Origin: Raillietiella orientalis
Lineage: Eukaryota
Reading direction: 5' to 3'
NCBI GenBank assembly: GCA_036172245.1
Contig: JAYWIR010000021.1
Coordinates: 1,116,001-1,180,000, forward strand
DNA length: 64,000 nucleotides
A program made the translations under genes and the position numbers. Shown here one piece after another: positions 53,342 to 64,000 of the stretch. The first letter of the stretch is position 1; each line of letters starts with the position of its first letter. Below the pieces are notes generated by a model that was not told where the DNA came from, did no database searches, and saw nothing but the letters and a program-made list of their open reading frames with translations.

Positions 53342-53949
53342 TTTCCTTTCGACGAGAGAAAGCTGTCTCAGCAGCGGTGGAAACAAAGGCGACGAAGTGC
53401 AAGAGTCGAACTCGGAAGAGCGTCGGACAGTGAGAATGAAGCGACCCAGGAAATCGCTGCTGAAGTGAACAGATCCGATCTGCGGCAGCAGGGAAGCTCA
53501 CTTCACAGTGAAGCTCGCGGTGCTGTCGCCTGTCGCAACCCAGTGAAAAGCTCGCGGGGAAACCAAGCTCGGCCTCTCCACCGTCTAAGCCGCTTCAGCA
53601 TCTTTTCGGATCATAGCGGGACAGGGAGCTGGAGGTGCTGATAAAAGGCTGGATGGTAATCCGAGAGATCTTGAATACCCAATCATATCTTAAGGCGCAG
53701 GCGGATAAAAGCACCGATTCTGGGGAATTGGCCCCGGATCATTTGAAGTACCTCACGGTCGGCGTGGGACGAGGTTTTTTAGAGGAGCTCTTTGTTTCTA
53801 TTTTTCAGAGTTCTCGGGATAATAGAAGGAAGACGGTGACGCCTCCTGGCGCGTGTCAGCATCTGCACTGCCACGCTACCCCCAGCGCTTTGAGAAAAAC
53901 GTACCCAATGGGAAAATCATTCTAGGAACCGGATGGACTGAGCCACAAG

Positions 53950-55050
53950 AGACTCGAGCTGCTAGCCACAGCACAGGAATTATACCTTCGAGAGGCGCCT
54001 CTTTCTGCTACACTGACCTAGCCTAAATCGAAAGTCACAGAAAGAGGACGATTGTCTCTGATGCTTTTCTCCGTGAGAGCTCGTGTCAGATGGGACCGCT
54101 TTCGGGTTTGTTTGCTGCCATCCGTGAAGATGTAAAGGCAGAGCATGAGATTTTTACAAGCAACCGACGCTTCCGGAGCTTTACCGGGAGCATCTCTCGG
54201 TCGCGAAAGATTTCAGAAACACCCTCATAGGAGTGGAGAAGGGCCGATCTAACCGCAGCTTCCAGTCAGTGTCGGATCAGCAGATCCATATTACTGGCAC
54301 GGCACCTGAACCGTGTTTTAAGTGTCGGACTTTCTCGTGACCGCGGTTGCATGGGGCAAAGTGCTAAGGCAAAGTGCCGAATCCGTAGCCACGAGGAGCA
54401 GCATCTCAGCAGGAGTGGTCGTCGCACATTCTCCTTCTTACCGGAAGTGAACTCAGATGCGACAAAAGCTGCAGACTTCATCTGCTGAGCATCCGGTGGA
54501 CCGGTCGATCCACGAGTGGAACCACCATCGTGGACACCGCAAGCGGAGTGATGGTGAATTCGATCCAGGGAATTCCCATTCGCCGGGGTGAGACGGCACA
54601 CTGGCCCGTGAAACGCCTCCTACGCGTCTGGATGTGTCGGAACGAGGCTCAATAGAAGCTCAATACAAGCTGTCCAGGTACCTTCATCTGGAGACGAGAC
54701 GAGCCATGGGTCATCATCCCCCACGTACTGTCTGCCGCCACCACTCCGTCTTTACGATTTGGATAAAGGGTGGTGGTTGTCAGTGCTCTTCTGTGCCCTT
54801 CCTCGCACGACTGCATGAAATCGGCACTCAGAACCTCACGGAACTTTACATGACATGACGTGTCACTGACGAATACGAGCACTTGCAGGATAGGACGCAC
54901 ACATCCCAGCAGTCGGTAACGCCTGTCACCGGCGTCTCGCATGCCGTTGCGAGATACTGACCTCAGAACCCAATGGGGCGATGAGTAGGTCCTGGCCACA
55001 AGTCGCGAAACGGTCACAGGGTGAAGATGTGGAAGTATGCGAATAGAAGA
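53950..55050 (-). mobile_element. Degenerate non-LTR thumb/C-terminal remnant
   Basis: 'VRPILQVLVF..TLYPNRKDG' (LY..RK.GG-like) in ORF 54649..55116, then 'PPDAQQMKSAAFVASEF' in ORF 54266..54601. Confidence 0.4.
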
Positions 55051-55189
55051 AACAAATCCGAGTGGAAGGTGGCTGTTAGATATTCCTCCCCCCCTCCCCT
55101 TCTGCAAAGGGATCAACTTTTTCCCTATTCACGTGTAAGTGACTTCATTCTCAACACGGAGCGTTGCCATAGCTCTCGATTATTCTTGT

Positions 55190-55420
55190 GAAGGAGGCTG
55201 TGCAGAGAATAACTCTTGTCCCTCTGTCGTGTAGAAAAACTTCGCTCCGAGGTCCCGCGATTGCGTCTCTAATTGAAGTCGTTAAGTGCATTCGGAAGGC
55301 ACTTCCACCTCAAAAGAGGCTGCCTTTGTGCCCTATTCATGAGTATCGTGCCCATTTCTTGCAGAGTTTAAAAGGTTCTGCTTCTTTTAAAACTGGAAGC
55401 ATTTGTCATTGAAATTAGAC
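55190..55420 (+). mobile_element. Degenerate RT N-terminal remnant
   Basis: 'ITLVPLS..RGPAIASLI..ALPPQKRLP..HEYRAHFLQSL' resembles T.L.PK / RPI.L / L.P.QKGF.P / EH...LQ. Confidence 0.4.
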
Positions 55421-57029
55421 AACGACTAAATCAATCTCGAATTTCAGCCTCAACTCTTTTGCTATGAATCTGCTGGCCTATTCGTTTTATTATCATTATC
55501 GCCTATCAATGGGCGGATTCCTTGCTGGTGGCAAATTCAATTTTAATCAGCCCAGTAATTTTCACATTAGTCTTTCAGAGACGCTGGCAGGAAGCGTTTC
55601 CAGAGATGAATCTCCAAAAATGCAAACAACCCCCTGCATTCAAGGGAGGGTTCCCTTCAAGATCATCAAAGAGACCATTCTCATTTTGATCTTGCTTTCT
55701 TCATCTTCCTGTGAACTTTCTTTTTTCCTTCCCATTCCTCCCACTTATTTCCTGTGCAGTTTGATTTATTCAACACGTCTTCACGATGAATCGGAAAGCA
55801 CATTGACCATAGTTGACTCGATTCCCTGAATCCTTATTTTCCTAATTCCTTATTTTCACTAAAGTGCTGCAGCGACAAGTCTGTCTGCCGCAGACTCCTC
55901 ATGGCAACGGATCACGAATTTCAAATTCTGTGGATGAAGCGGCTGTGTTTGCTCAGAAGTCCTGAAGAGTTCATCATGAGAGTGCTTCATAGTAGAGAAT
56001 TTTAAGAGCTTCATTAGCTTCACAGAACTATCGGATGCAACCATCCTTGGGTGGCCTCCGATCTTTAAGATTCTCCTCCCTCCACTAATCCAATCGATGG
56101 ACGTGGGGTCACATTACAAAATGCGCATGTATATACCAATAGCTGTACCAATCCCGAAGCATTTTGCTGCAGCCGCACAGGATCCTACGTGGAGCATCGT
56201 TCCGATTAAGTCAGGAGAATTTTTGAAGATGGTGCGCGGAGGCGCGGAGCTGCTGCCCGATCGCAAGCCGCTCACCTGATGTGATGGTGGAGCTGCGGGG
56301 ATGCTGCCCTCGTCAGGTACACTACGCTACAGCTTAGTGCACCTATCTGTGCGCAACTGCAGTAGTAAGTTTTCAAACGTCCAGCGGTGTGAGGAGATGG
56401 TGGCAACACTGTGTTTCACACATAACGAGTGGGCTTTCGAGGGCTTCGCAGCTGCATCATACTTATCCGGGAAGGAATTAATTAACCGACTGATATCGGA
56501 ATTAGGTGTGTAATGAGAAACAGCGTGCCTCGTTTTTAGCGTCTCCGTTCCTGCAATATGCTTCGCTCCCCATCTGCAAAGGCCCTCGGACATCGAGACG
56601 AGTGGCCGTGACGTTTTCTGCCAGGAATGGCCCGGGGAAAGCGAGGCATTCTGAAGCGCCGACCCAGATCGCGAATCTCAGGCAAGAAGAACCGTTTCCT
56701 CCCGTTTCCTGGCTTCCATCCTCGAGCTCTCCCGCCACAGAAGCTCGTGAGCTCCAGCTCTACTGAAGTGCTGAGCATGCTGGCGTTCCTCTGCATCTTC
56801 GGCAGCAGCGCGCATTCTGGAGTGCATTTAAGAAAAGCCTCCACGGAAGCATGTGGACACGGCCTTGGGAACACCTCGACTCCTTGGAGCATTTTTCGTT
56901 ATCGCAAAAGGAAAGGAGCGGGGGATGGATGAATCTTCCCGCAATCGAACCGAGCTGTGCGAAAACAAAATCTGTGAAGCAAACCCTCCGACCACAGGCA
57001 AAAGCAGTCGCGAGCCCTGATCGCCGTTG

Positions 57030-57700
57030 CTACGCGAGAGGGTGACAACGTCAGCTGTTCATCAGCTTGCGGATGCCTTGGATATTTGGTGTTCCAGTAA
57101 GAACGGATCATCCCCAGGTTTAGATTGCTTCAGTTGGATCTCCAGACTGTCAACTACGGACTGTTGGAATGTTTGGGGAACTTGTTGACTCTTCTCAGAG
57201 TTTGCCTATTCTGTCCAGGAGCATAGATGGTTGGATTCCTAACTATAGGAGGAATCGATCGCTGCCTTCCCTTCTCCCTGGTGCAAGGTCCGGCTCCAGA
57301 TTCGAATCTGTCCCTGGGACAGGCTACCTGGAAGCTCCTGGCTACCAGCATTCCAGCTCTCTTGATGCGAATCTCCAGCTCTTCATGTCTTCGTTGAAGC
57401 TATCCAGAACTTCAATCCAGTACTTGCAGTTCCAAGATAAAGATCTAGGATGATGTCCCGAACCGTGTGTCCAACATGCATTCCTGCTATGCTGTGTATC
57501 CATGCACCAATCATGCGACTAGCGAGTTTGGCGTCCGTGAGAGAGTCCCCAGTTCCCGTGGAACTTCACCATTCTTTGGATCCCTTGATCCAACTGCTAA
57601 CGCCCGGACCAATAGCTTCAACCCCTGGAATAAGATATCAGGGCCGTTCTTTGCTGTATCTCCTCCAACACTGCCTCTGACGTTCCGATGGGACAGCAGA
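57030..57700 (-). mobile_element. Degenerate NeSL/Utopia-like RLE/C-terminal remnant
   Basis: DNA 57255-57395 is a diverged reverse complement of 60288-60435 (the RLE core). Minus strand reads 'WIHSIA', 'LEPDL', then 'IRKLM' and, after a frameshift, 'ADVVTLSRS'. Confidence 0.55.
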
Positions 57701-58099
57701 CAGCAGGGACAGAGATTTGATTCTTCTCTGAAAGTGGCAGGGCCTGATTGGAGTTTGAGCCGACTTCTGGGATAGATTGGATCCAGGTGGGACAGCAAGC
57801 CTCCGCGAGAACCGTCCTCTTCCTCACCCTTAGGAGCTATCCTCGGCTAGCGATGTTCAAGAAATAGGATCGGACGTCGTTTGCAAACTCGTCAAAACAC
57901 GCATTCAACCCACCTAACGGGGCTGCGCACGGGTGAATGCGCGCCGACAGGTGAAAGGGGCGACTCGGCTTACTCTGCTCACCCGAAGAGCTCCGCGATG
58001 AGTAGCCGCTTCAAGCTTTTCATCTCTCCGGAAGCGCGAGCGATGAAGTGATGAGAAGATCCATGAGGAGCGGTCTTCACCGACACCTCAGCGACTCGG

Positions 58100-58830
58100 A
58101 AGAACGAACGATCATTCGTGCTGAGGCCAAGGGGGATGTTTCGAAGGTGACAGCCAGAAGTCCTGAGATGTTGACTCGTCCCCGTGAATCCACGGAAACC
58201 ATCCAGGAACGTCTTCCCATGCGGTGACCAGAACTGGTTCTCCTTTGCTTAACCTCCTTCTCCCTCGTCCAGCATCCGACGCAACCTGGGCATCTAGTGA
58301 GAGCACACCAGCTGGGTCGCTTCCCGAACGTCCAGGCACACAGATCCACGAAGCCAAGTGATCAATGACCCCAGGCATAGTGCCGGGAAACCAAGCAAGC
58401 ACGCTCGGCCGGTTCCCAGCGGCCGGCCGGCCGAGGGTCCAGAAGGCGGAGGGTGATCCCGTCCGACATAAGTCCCTACCTCGACAGCAACACCGCCCAC
58501 TCTTGAACGCCTGCTGCCGACCAGACCTACGACAGCGACGGCGAAGCTGGACAGATCGAGAAAGCGTGGAAGCTGGTGGGAGACGTGGAAAATCCTCGAC
58601 CCCCACCCCTCCCCGCCGCATTTCCTTTCGTGAACCTGAAATCATAGCAATGGAAAAGGAGGAGCACCTGAACGCGTACAGCCCGCCCTCCCTCCCACGC
58701 GTGTCGGTCGCTCCCTTCTACTGAGAACAAGCTTAGAGAGATCTGGGAGTGCTCCTATGGCATCTCGCAGGTTGCGGCGCATCCCGAAACTGGTGAACGC
58801 ACCCATTTGCTCCAGAGACTTCCAGGAAAG
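58100..58830 (+). mobile_element. Degenerate RLE/C-terminal retroelement remnant in the left arm of the large inverted repeat (mirrored at ~61823-62553, minus strand)
   Basis: 'CCRPDL..ISFREPEIIAMEKEEHLNAYSP..VSVAPF' (ORF 58365..58724), followed by 'PKLVNAPICSRDF', similar to the terminal RKL..SD.I..SRD motif. Confidence 0.5.
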
Positions 58831-59579
58831 AATGCCCTCTGGGCCTTACATGAAAGGAGCGCAACCCACAGTCAGTAAGATCGTTGGTCTTTGTCTTTTC
58901 CCCGTACACTCCTACTATTAGGAAAACCGAAAGGAAACAATGAGTCGCAAAGAACTGTCCTTTGCACCATCACATTCCGCACGCGCAGATGGAGCCGCTC
59001 ACGACTTGCCCCCTCTTATCCTTCCTGCCCCGGCGCGACCGGGTGAGAATACTCTTCCACTGCCCGCGACTTCATCGACACTTCCAGCATGGCCACCGAA
59101 TGTCTGCATTCTCGGATCTTCAGCACGAATTTGGTCCAAAAGTATCGTGAAGACGAAGAAACACCGAAACGAAATTTTTCCAGATCCAGAGGAATTCGAA
59201 AATAGAGAACGGAAAGCAAATGACTGATGGGTGACACTCATTCAAAGCCCACCCTAAGGTGCATTGCGTTTCCATCTCTTGTTTTCCCTCTCATTTCAGA
59301 AGATACGAAGCCACTGCATCCCTCTGAATGAGTGTGCTGCTTGATCGGATGGTGGTGCTTTCGCGGTGGCCGCCTATCAGCAGCTTCTACTCGAACGGAT
59401 GGAATGGCAAGGCGGTTTTAACAGAGTCCTCAATGAGGTGCCCGGAAAACCCTCGCTCTCCTGGACGTATATACGAATACCGACGGGACAGTGACACAAG
59501 TCGGCCTTTCCGGCCCCGGTCGGTGCCTGGCTGGGGGACCCCAACTCCCATGACCCCCGTGTCGCTTCTTTGACCCGGT

Positions 59580-60620
59580 CGGCCACATTCCTCCCCGTTC
59601 GAGATCACTGTGGCCCACGCCGAATGCGATGAAGAGGGAGTTTCTCTCGGCGGCGGTCGCCTCGCGCGCCAGGCAGATGCGGCTGCGGTGCGCGCCGCTT
59701 CTTGCAGGCGCCGCCCGAGTGGGCGGTAGGCTTGGTGAGCGACAGCGTCCGTGAAGCGGCAATGGGAAAATCGACAAGGCATTTCCAGCACCCCTTTCGC
59801 CCATCATGAGATGGATGCTGACTATGGCGACATGGTGCACGGTACATGAGGTTGCTTCATGCAATGAAGGAAGTTTCCTTGGTAGTAATGCTGAGAATGT
59901 AAACGGAAGTCGAAAACGAGTTTCCCACGCAAGATGAAGCTGGGAGACTGACACCTCGACAGGAACACCGTTCACTCTTGAACGTCTGCTGCACGTTTGG
60001 GAAGCTTCGCGTCTGACATGAACTTGACGAACATCAACCCCCGTCCTGCGCACGGTTTCACGCACGGCACTTCTGATCAGGAAGAATTTCAAGGGAAGAC
60101 CGCGTCCTGCATTGGGCAGGGCACTTCGCATTCCACGGTGAACACCTCAGCTTTGAGGACTACAAAGTTTTTTCGTTGCAGCACTACTGGTTTCGAGGGC
60201 GCTGCCCACCAGGAATGGCGTCGATCGCGGATGCAAGAGGCAATGAGAGGAATCAGCAGGATCACCGTGGCAACAAGCAATCCATGATCAATGAAGACAA
60301 GAAGAGCTGTTGACTCGGATCAAGAGCGCTGGAATGCCGGTAGCGACGAGCTTCAAACCAGCCTCTGTCCCAGGGAAGATTCGAATCGGGAGCCGGACTT
60401 TGCTTCAGGGAGAAGGGAAGGCAATCGCCATCGATCTCGCGTATCCCCTTTGGGTACTCAGCAACGGCACTACAAGAGCCCGGAGGAGCACACGAAAAGG
60501 AAATCACGTGCCAGAAAACTGAGCACTCCCAGGATGCATGTATGATGCATCGAATAGGTCACCGTCCACGATGAAGGTCCCTCAGGACTCGCGATCTTCC
60601 ACGAGGGTAAGCCTAGGCCG
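59580..60620 (+). mobile_element. Degenerate NeSL/Utopia-like thumb-to-RLE remnant in the spacer of the large inverted repeat
   Basis: 'LARQADAAAVRAA' and 'VSDSVREAA' (thumb-like), 'DQEEFQGKTASCIG..SH' (PDQGK-like), and 'REPDF' followed by 'KAIAIDLAYP' (PD..D nuclease core), in the expected order. Confidence 0.6.
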
Positions 60621-60699
60621 AAGAGGGCGCATTCAAATAATCGCATATTCCTGAGTAGGTATCGGAGGGTAAATTTTCGCTTCCGGACCTCTCTGGGAG

Positions 60700-61100
60700 T
60701 CAGCTGAGGAGATCACAGGAGACACGAGGATGACACCACTGCCTAGCAACCCTATGATGTCATACGCAGGCATACTGAACCACGATGGCGGTATGCCTGC
60801 GCAAGACATCCACCATGCTCTTCTTATGGCCGTCCACTCCTCGCTCGCTCTTTGTCATTTGATGCAGATCTTTTGGTTAGTGTCGTTTGAAACTGAGCAC
60901 GCCCTCCTACGGAAAGAGGCCCGAAGGAGAGGATCCTGATGTCTCATGAGAATCCCCGAGGCATTCGGCAGGATAAAGGTCCAAAATGAAAGGTCCATAA
61001 GCCTTTTAGTCCGCAAACCCAAAGAAAGAAGTAGAGGTTCACAAGCTGCTGGACATCCTCCTGGTGTAAGAGCTTGCACGCGACCGTCTTACACATGCGA
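60700..61100 (-). mobile_element. Possible degenerate RT N-terminal remnant
   Basis: 'LTPGGCPAACEPLLLS..ASFRRRACSVSN' loosely follows L.K.G...RPI.L / GF...GC. Weak. Confidence 0.3.
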
Positions 61101-62674
61101 GGAAAAAAATTTTTCTGCGAAGAGAAAAGTCACTCGGATGGGAAATTCATTGACGTCATCACTGTCCCGTCGGTATTCGTATATACGTCCAGGAGAGCGA
61201 GGGTTTTCCGGGCACCTCATTGAGGACTCTGTTAAAACCGCCTTGCCATTCCATCCGTTCGAGTAGAAGCTGCTGATAGGCGGCCACCGCGAAAGCACCA
61301 CCATCCGATCAAGCAGCACACTCATTCAGAGGGATGCAGTGGCTTCGTATCTTCTGAAATGAGAGGGAAAACAAGAGATGGAAACGCAATGCACCTTAGG
61401 GTGGGCTTTGAATGAGTGTCACCCATCAGTCATTTGCTTTCCGTTCTCTATTTTCGAATTCCTCTGGATCTGGAAAAATTTCGTTTCGGTGTTTCTTCGT
61501 CTTCACGATACTTTTGGACCAAATTCGTGCTGAAGATCCGAGAATGCAGACATTCGGTGGCCATGCTGGAAGTGTCGATGAAGTCGCGGGCAGTGGAAGA
61601 GTATTCTCACCCGGTCGCGCCGGGGCAGGAAGGATAAGAGGGGGCAAGTCGTGAGCGGCTCCATCTGCGCGTGCGGAATGTGATGGTGCAAAGGACAGTT
61701 CTTTGCGACTCATTGTTTCCTTTCGGTTTTCCTAATAGTAGGAGTGTACGGGGAAAAGACAAAGACCAACGATCTTACTGACTGTGGGTTGCGCTCCTTT
61801 CATGTAAGGCCCAGAGGGCATTCTTTCCTGGAAGTCTCTGGAGCAAATGGGTGCGTTCACCAGTTTCGGGATGCGCCGCAACCTGCGAGATGCCATAGGA
61901 GCACTCCCAGATCTCTCTAAGCTTGTTCTCAGTAGAAGGGAGCGACCGACACGCGTGGGAGGGAGGGCGGGCTGTACGCGTTCAGGTGCTCCTCCTTTTC
62001 CATTGCTATGATTTCAGGTTCACGAAAGGAAATGCGGCGGGGAGGGGTGGGGGTCGAGGATTTTCCACGTCTCCCACCAGCTTCCACGCTTTCTCGATCT
62101 GTCCAGCTTCGCCGTCGCTGTCGTAGGTCTGGTCGGCAGCAGGCGTTCAAGAGTGGGCGGTGTTGCTGTCGAGGTAGGGACTTATGTCGGACGGGATCAC
62201 CCTCCGCCTTCTGGACCCTCGCCCGGCCGGCCGCTGGGAACCGGCCGAGCGTGCTTGCTTGGTTTCCCGGCACTATGCCTGGGGTCATTGATCACTTGGC
62301 TTCGTGGATCTGTGTGCCTGGACGTTCGGGAAGCGACCCAGCTGGTGTGCTCTCACTAGATGCCCAGGTTGCGTCGGATGCTGGACGAGGGAGAAGGAGG
62401 TTAAGCAAAGGAGAACCAGTTCTGGTCACCGCATGGGAAGACGTTCCTGGATGGTTTCCGTGGATTCACGGGGACGAGTCAACATCTCAGGACTTCTGGC
62501 TGTCACCTTCGAAACATCCCCCTTGGCCTCAGCACGAATGATCGTTCGTTCTTCCGAGTCGCTGAGGTGTCGGTGAAGACCGCTCCTCATGGATCTTCTC
62601 ATCACTTCATCGCTCGCGCTTCCGGAGAGATGAAAAGCTTGAAGCGGCTACTCATCGCGGAGCTCTCCGGGTGA

Positions 62675-62715
62675 GAAGAACGGATGACAGATGCAAGATC
62701 TGTCATCCGTTCTTC
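62675..62715. repeat. Perfect hairpin, 18-bp stem and 5-nt loop, abutting the outer end of the large inverted repeat
   Basis: GAAGAACGGATGACAGAT-GCAAG-ATCTGTCATCCGTTCTTC. Confidence 0.97.
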
Positions 62716-63899
62716 CTACCCTCTGTCTTCTGTCTTAAAGTGTGCATGTCCATCACAGCTAATGTACAAAGCCCAAATTCCAATTTCTGTAGACTTTTAG
62801 AGTGTACGCAATGACTGAAATCAAAGTGAATTTGCGAATGAACTCTGACGCTCCTCCCTCAGGGTGGTCGGATTTCCTCGGTTTAGCTGTCTTTAGCTGC
62901 TTTTTCCCCTGAAGACCGCCATTTTCTCACAGGTGGACTGTGACCACGGGCTTCCCAAATTTTTCAGGAAGCTGCAGAAAGTCAGCAGGTTTCCCCCCAC
63001 AGGCCGGGTGGCTTCCATTTTTGGAACCTCCACGCAAACAGCGGAAAGGGAAAACTGAAGAAAAAACGTCCTAGAAGAGGCAAAAGCACACAGGGACTGC
63101 AAGTGCATTCGGAACGTTGCCATGGGGAGGAGGTGAGGCCGAGAGAGGGGGGGGAGGGAGGAATGTTCCAACAAGCCGGTGTTTCCCGATTCCTGTGTCC
63201 CCTAAGGACTCTTTCTGGCTCCCTCCTCCTTCGGGCACTCGGCGCTCGAGCCACGTGGATTTTTTCTTCGATTCATTCTTCGTGGCGAGTTGGTTGCAGA
63301 ACCACTGAGTGGTCTCTAATCGTCCACAGCCTATTCCCTTTCGGGCTGCTGTTGGCAGCAAACAAATTTCCCTGCCCTTGGAGTCATTTAGCACGTGATC
63401 ATCTGCTTCTAAAATTTGGAAATCCGTTGTTGACGCAGTTCATTTCCAAATGAAGAGGAAGGCTGCTTTCCGTTGTTTTTCTTTCCTCCAAGACATTTGC
63501 AAATAAGCATTTATCTCAAGCAAACAAAGGATTAAGAGTAAGTAGGCTTTTTCTCGGGAGGAAGCGCAGGACCATTCATTTCACCCGTGTGATCAGAAGC
63601 ATCCTATCGTATCTCAGCAGCCCGATTATCTAAAAGGCATCGAAGACCTCGAGTTATCTTGGAAGTCAAGGTCTCACGTACTTCCGAAACAGCTGGATGG
63701 GAAGCCACTGGAACCACTCTGCATTCTTCACAACAACTCAACGAGCGCCTCTATTTAGACAGCAGCACATGGAGATAAAACAGATAACTGGTCCGTCGCA
63801 AGGAAGACGAAGTCCCTTCTCGTGATCCTGAGCATGAGGAACCATATCCCCGTTTTGCTCCTTTTATTCCCAAGTCTTCGTCGGGATCGATTTCCAGAT

Positions 63900-63977
63900 C
63901 GTTGTTGTTGTTTTTTGTCTTTTTCGTTTATTTGGTTTCTGTTTTTGTTTTTTGTTTTTTTTTTTTTAAAAAAAAAG
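63900..63977. repeat. T-rich low-complexity tract (GTT/GTTTT) ending in T-run/A-run
   Basis: Directly visible. Confidence 0.85.
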
Positions 63978-64000
63978 AGGAGATGGTTCTTTGTTTTGGC

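Larger units (their letters stand above)
57978..62675. repeat. Large inverted repeat: arms 57978-59494 and 61159-62675 (1517 bp), 1664-bp spacer
   Basis: All ORFs are mirrored with coordinate sum 120653 (e.g. 58077..58349/62304..62576, 58940..59227/61426..61713). At least two mismatches were seen (~57986, ~58432). Confidence 0.98.

Noticed and set aside
57978..62675. Large inverted repeat as TIRs of a DNA transposon or Polinton
   Set aside because: No target-site duplication or transposase/polymerase is evident, and both arms and spacer are retroelement relics.

Overview
Eukaryotic, non-genic-looking window: GC-rich, CpG not obviously depleted, with microsatellites and homopolymer runs. I see no intact protein-coding gene, RNA gene or prokaryotic feature. 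Reading across frames, most of the 64 kb resolves into heavily frameshifted remnants of non-LTR retrotransposons of the restriction-like-endonuclease (RLE) group. Their C-terminal signatures (PDQG, CxxC..E.L.HVL..RHD, LRPD, G.LG, RKL..(S/A)DV..SR) resemble, from memory, NeSL/Utopia-type elements. They lie on both strands, and there is one L1/Tx1-like remnant. Superimposed are younger DNA-level rearrangements: a 1517-bp near-perfect inverted repeat (57978-59494/61159-62675) with a perfect 18-bp hairpin at its outer junction, a 363-bp inverted repeat (25068-25430/25938-26300), a ~670-bp near-identical direct duplication (11828-12494/18090-18759), and a perfect 21-bp hairpin (19842-19887). Repeat coordinates were read directly from the sequence. 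Retroelement boundaries are approximate and family assignments rest on by-eye motif recognition, not on searches.
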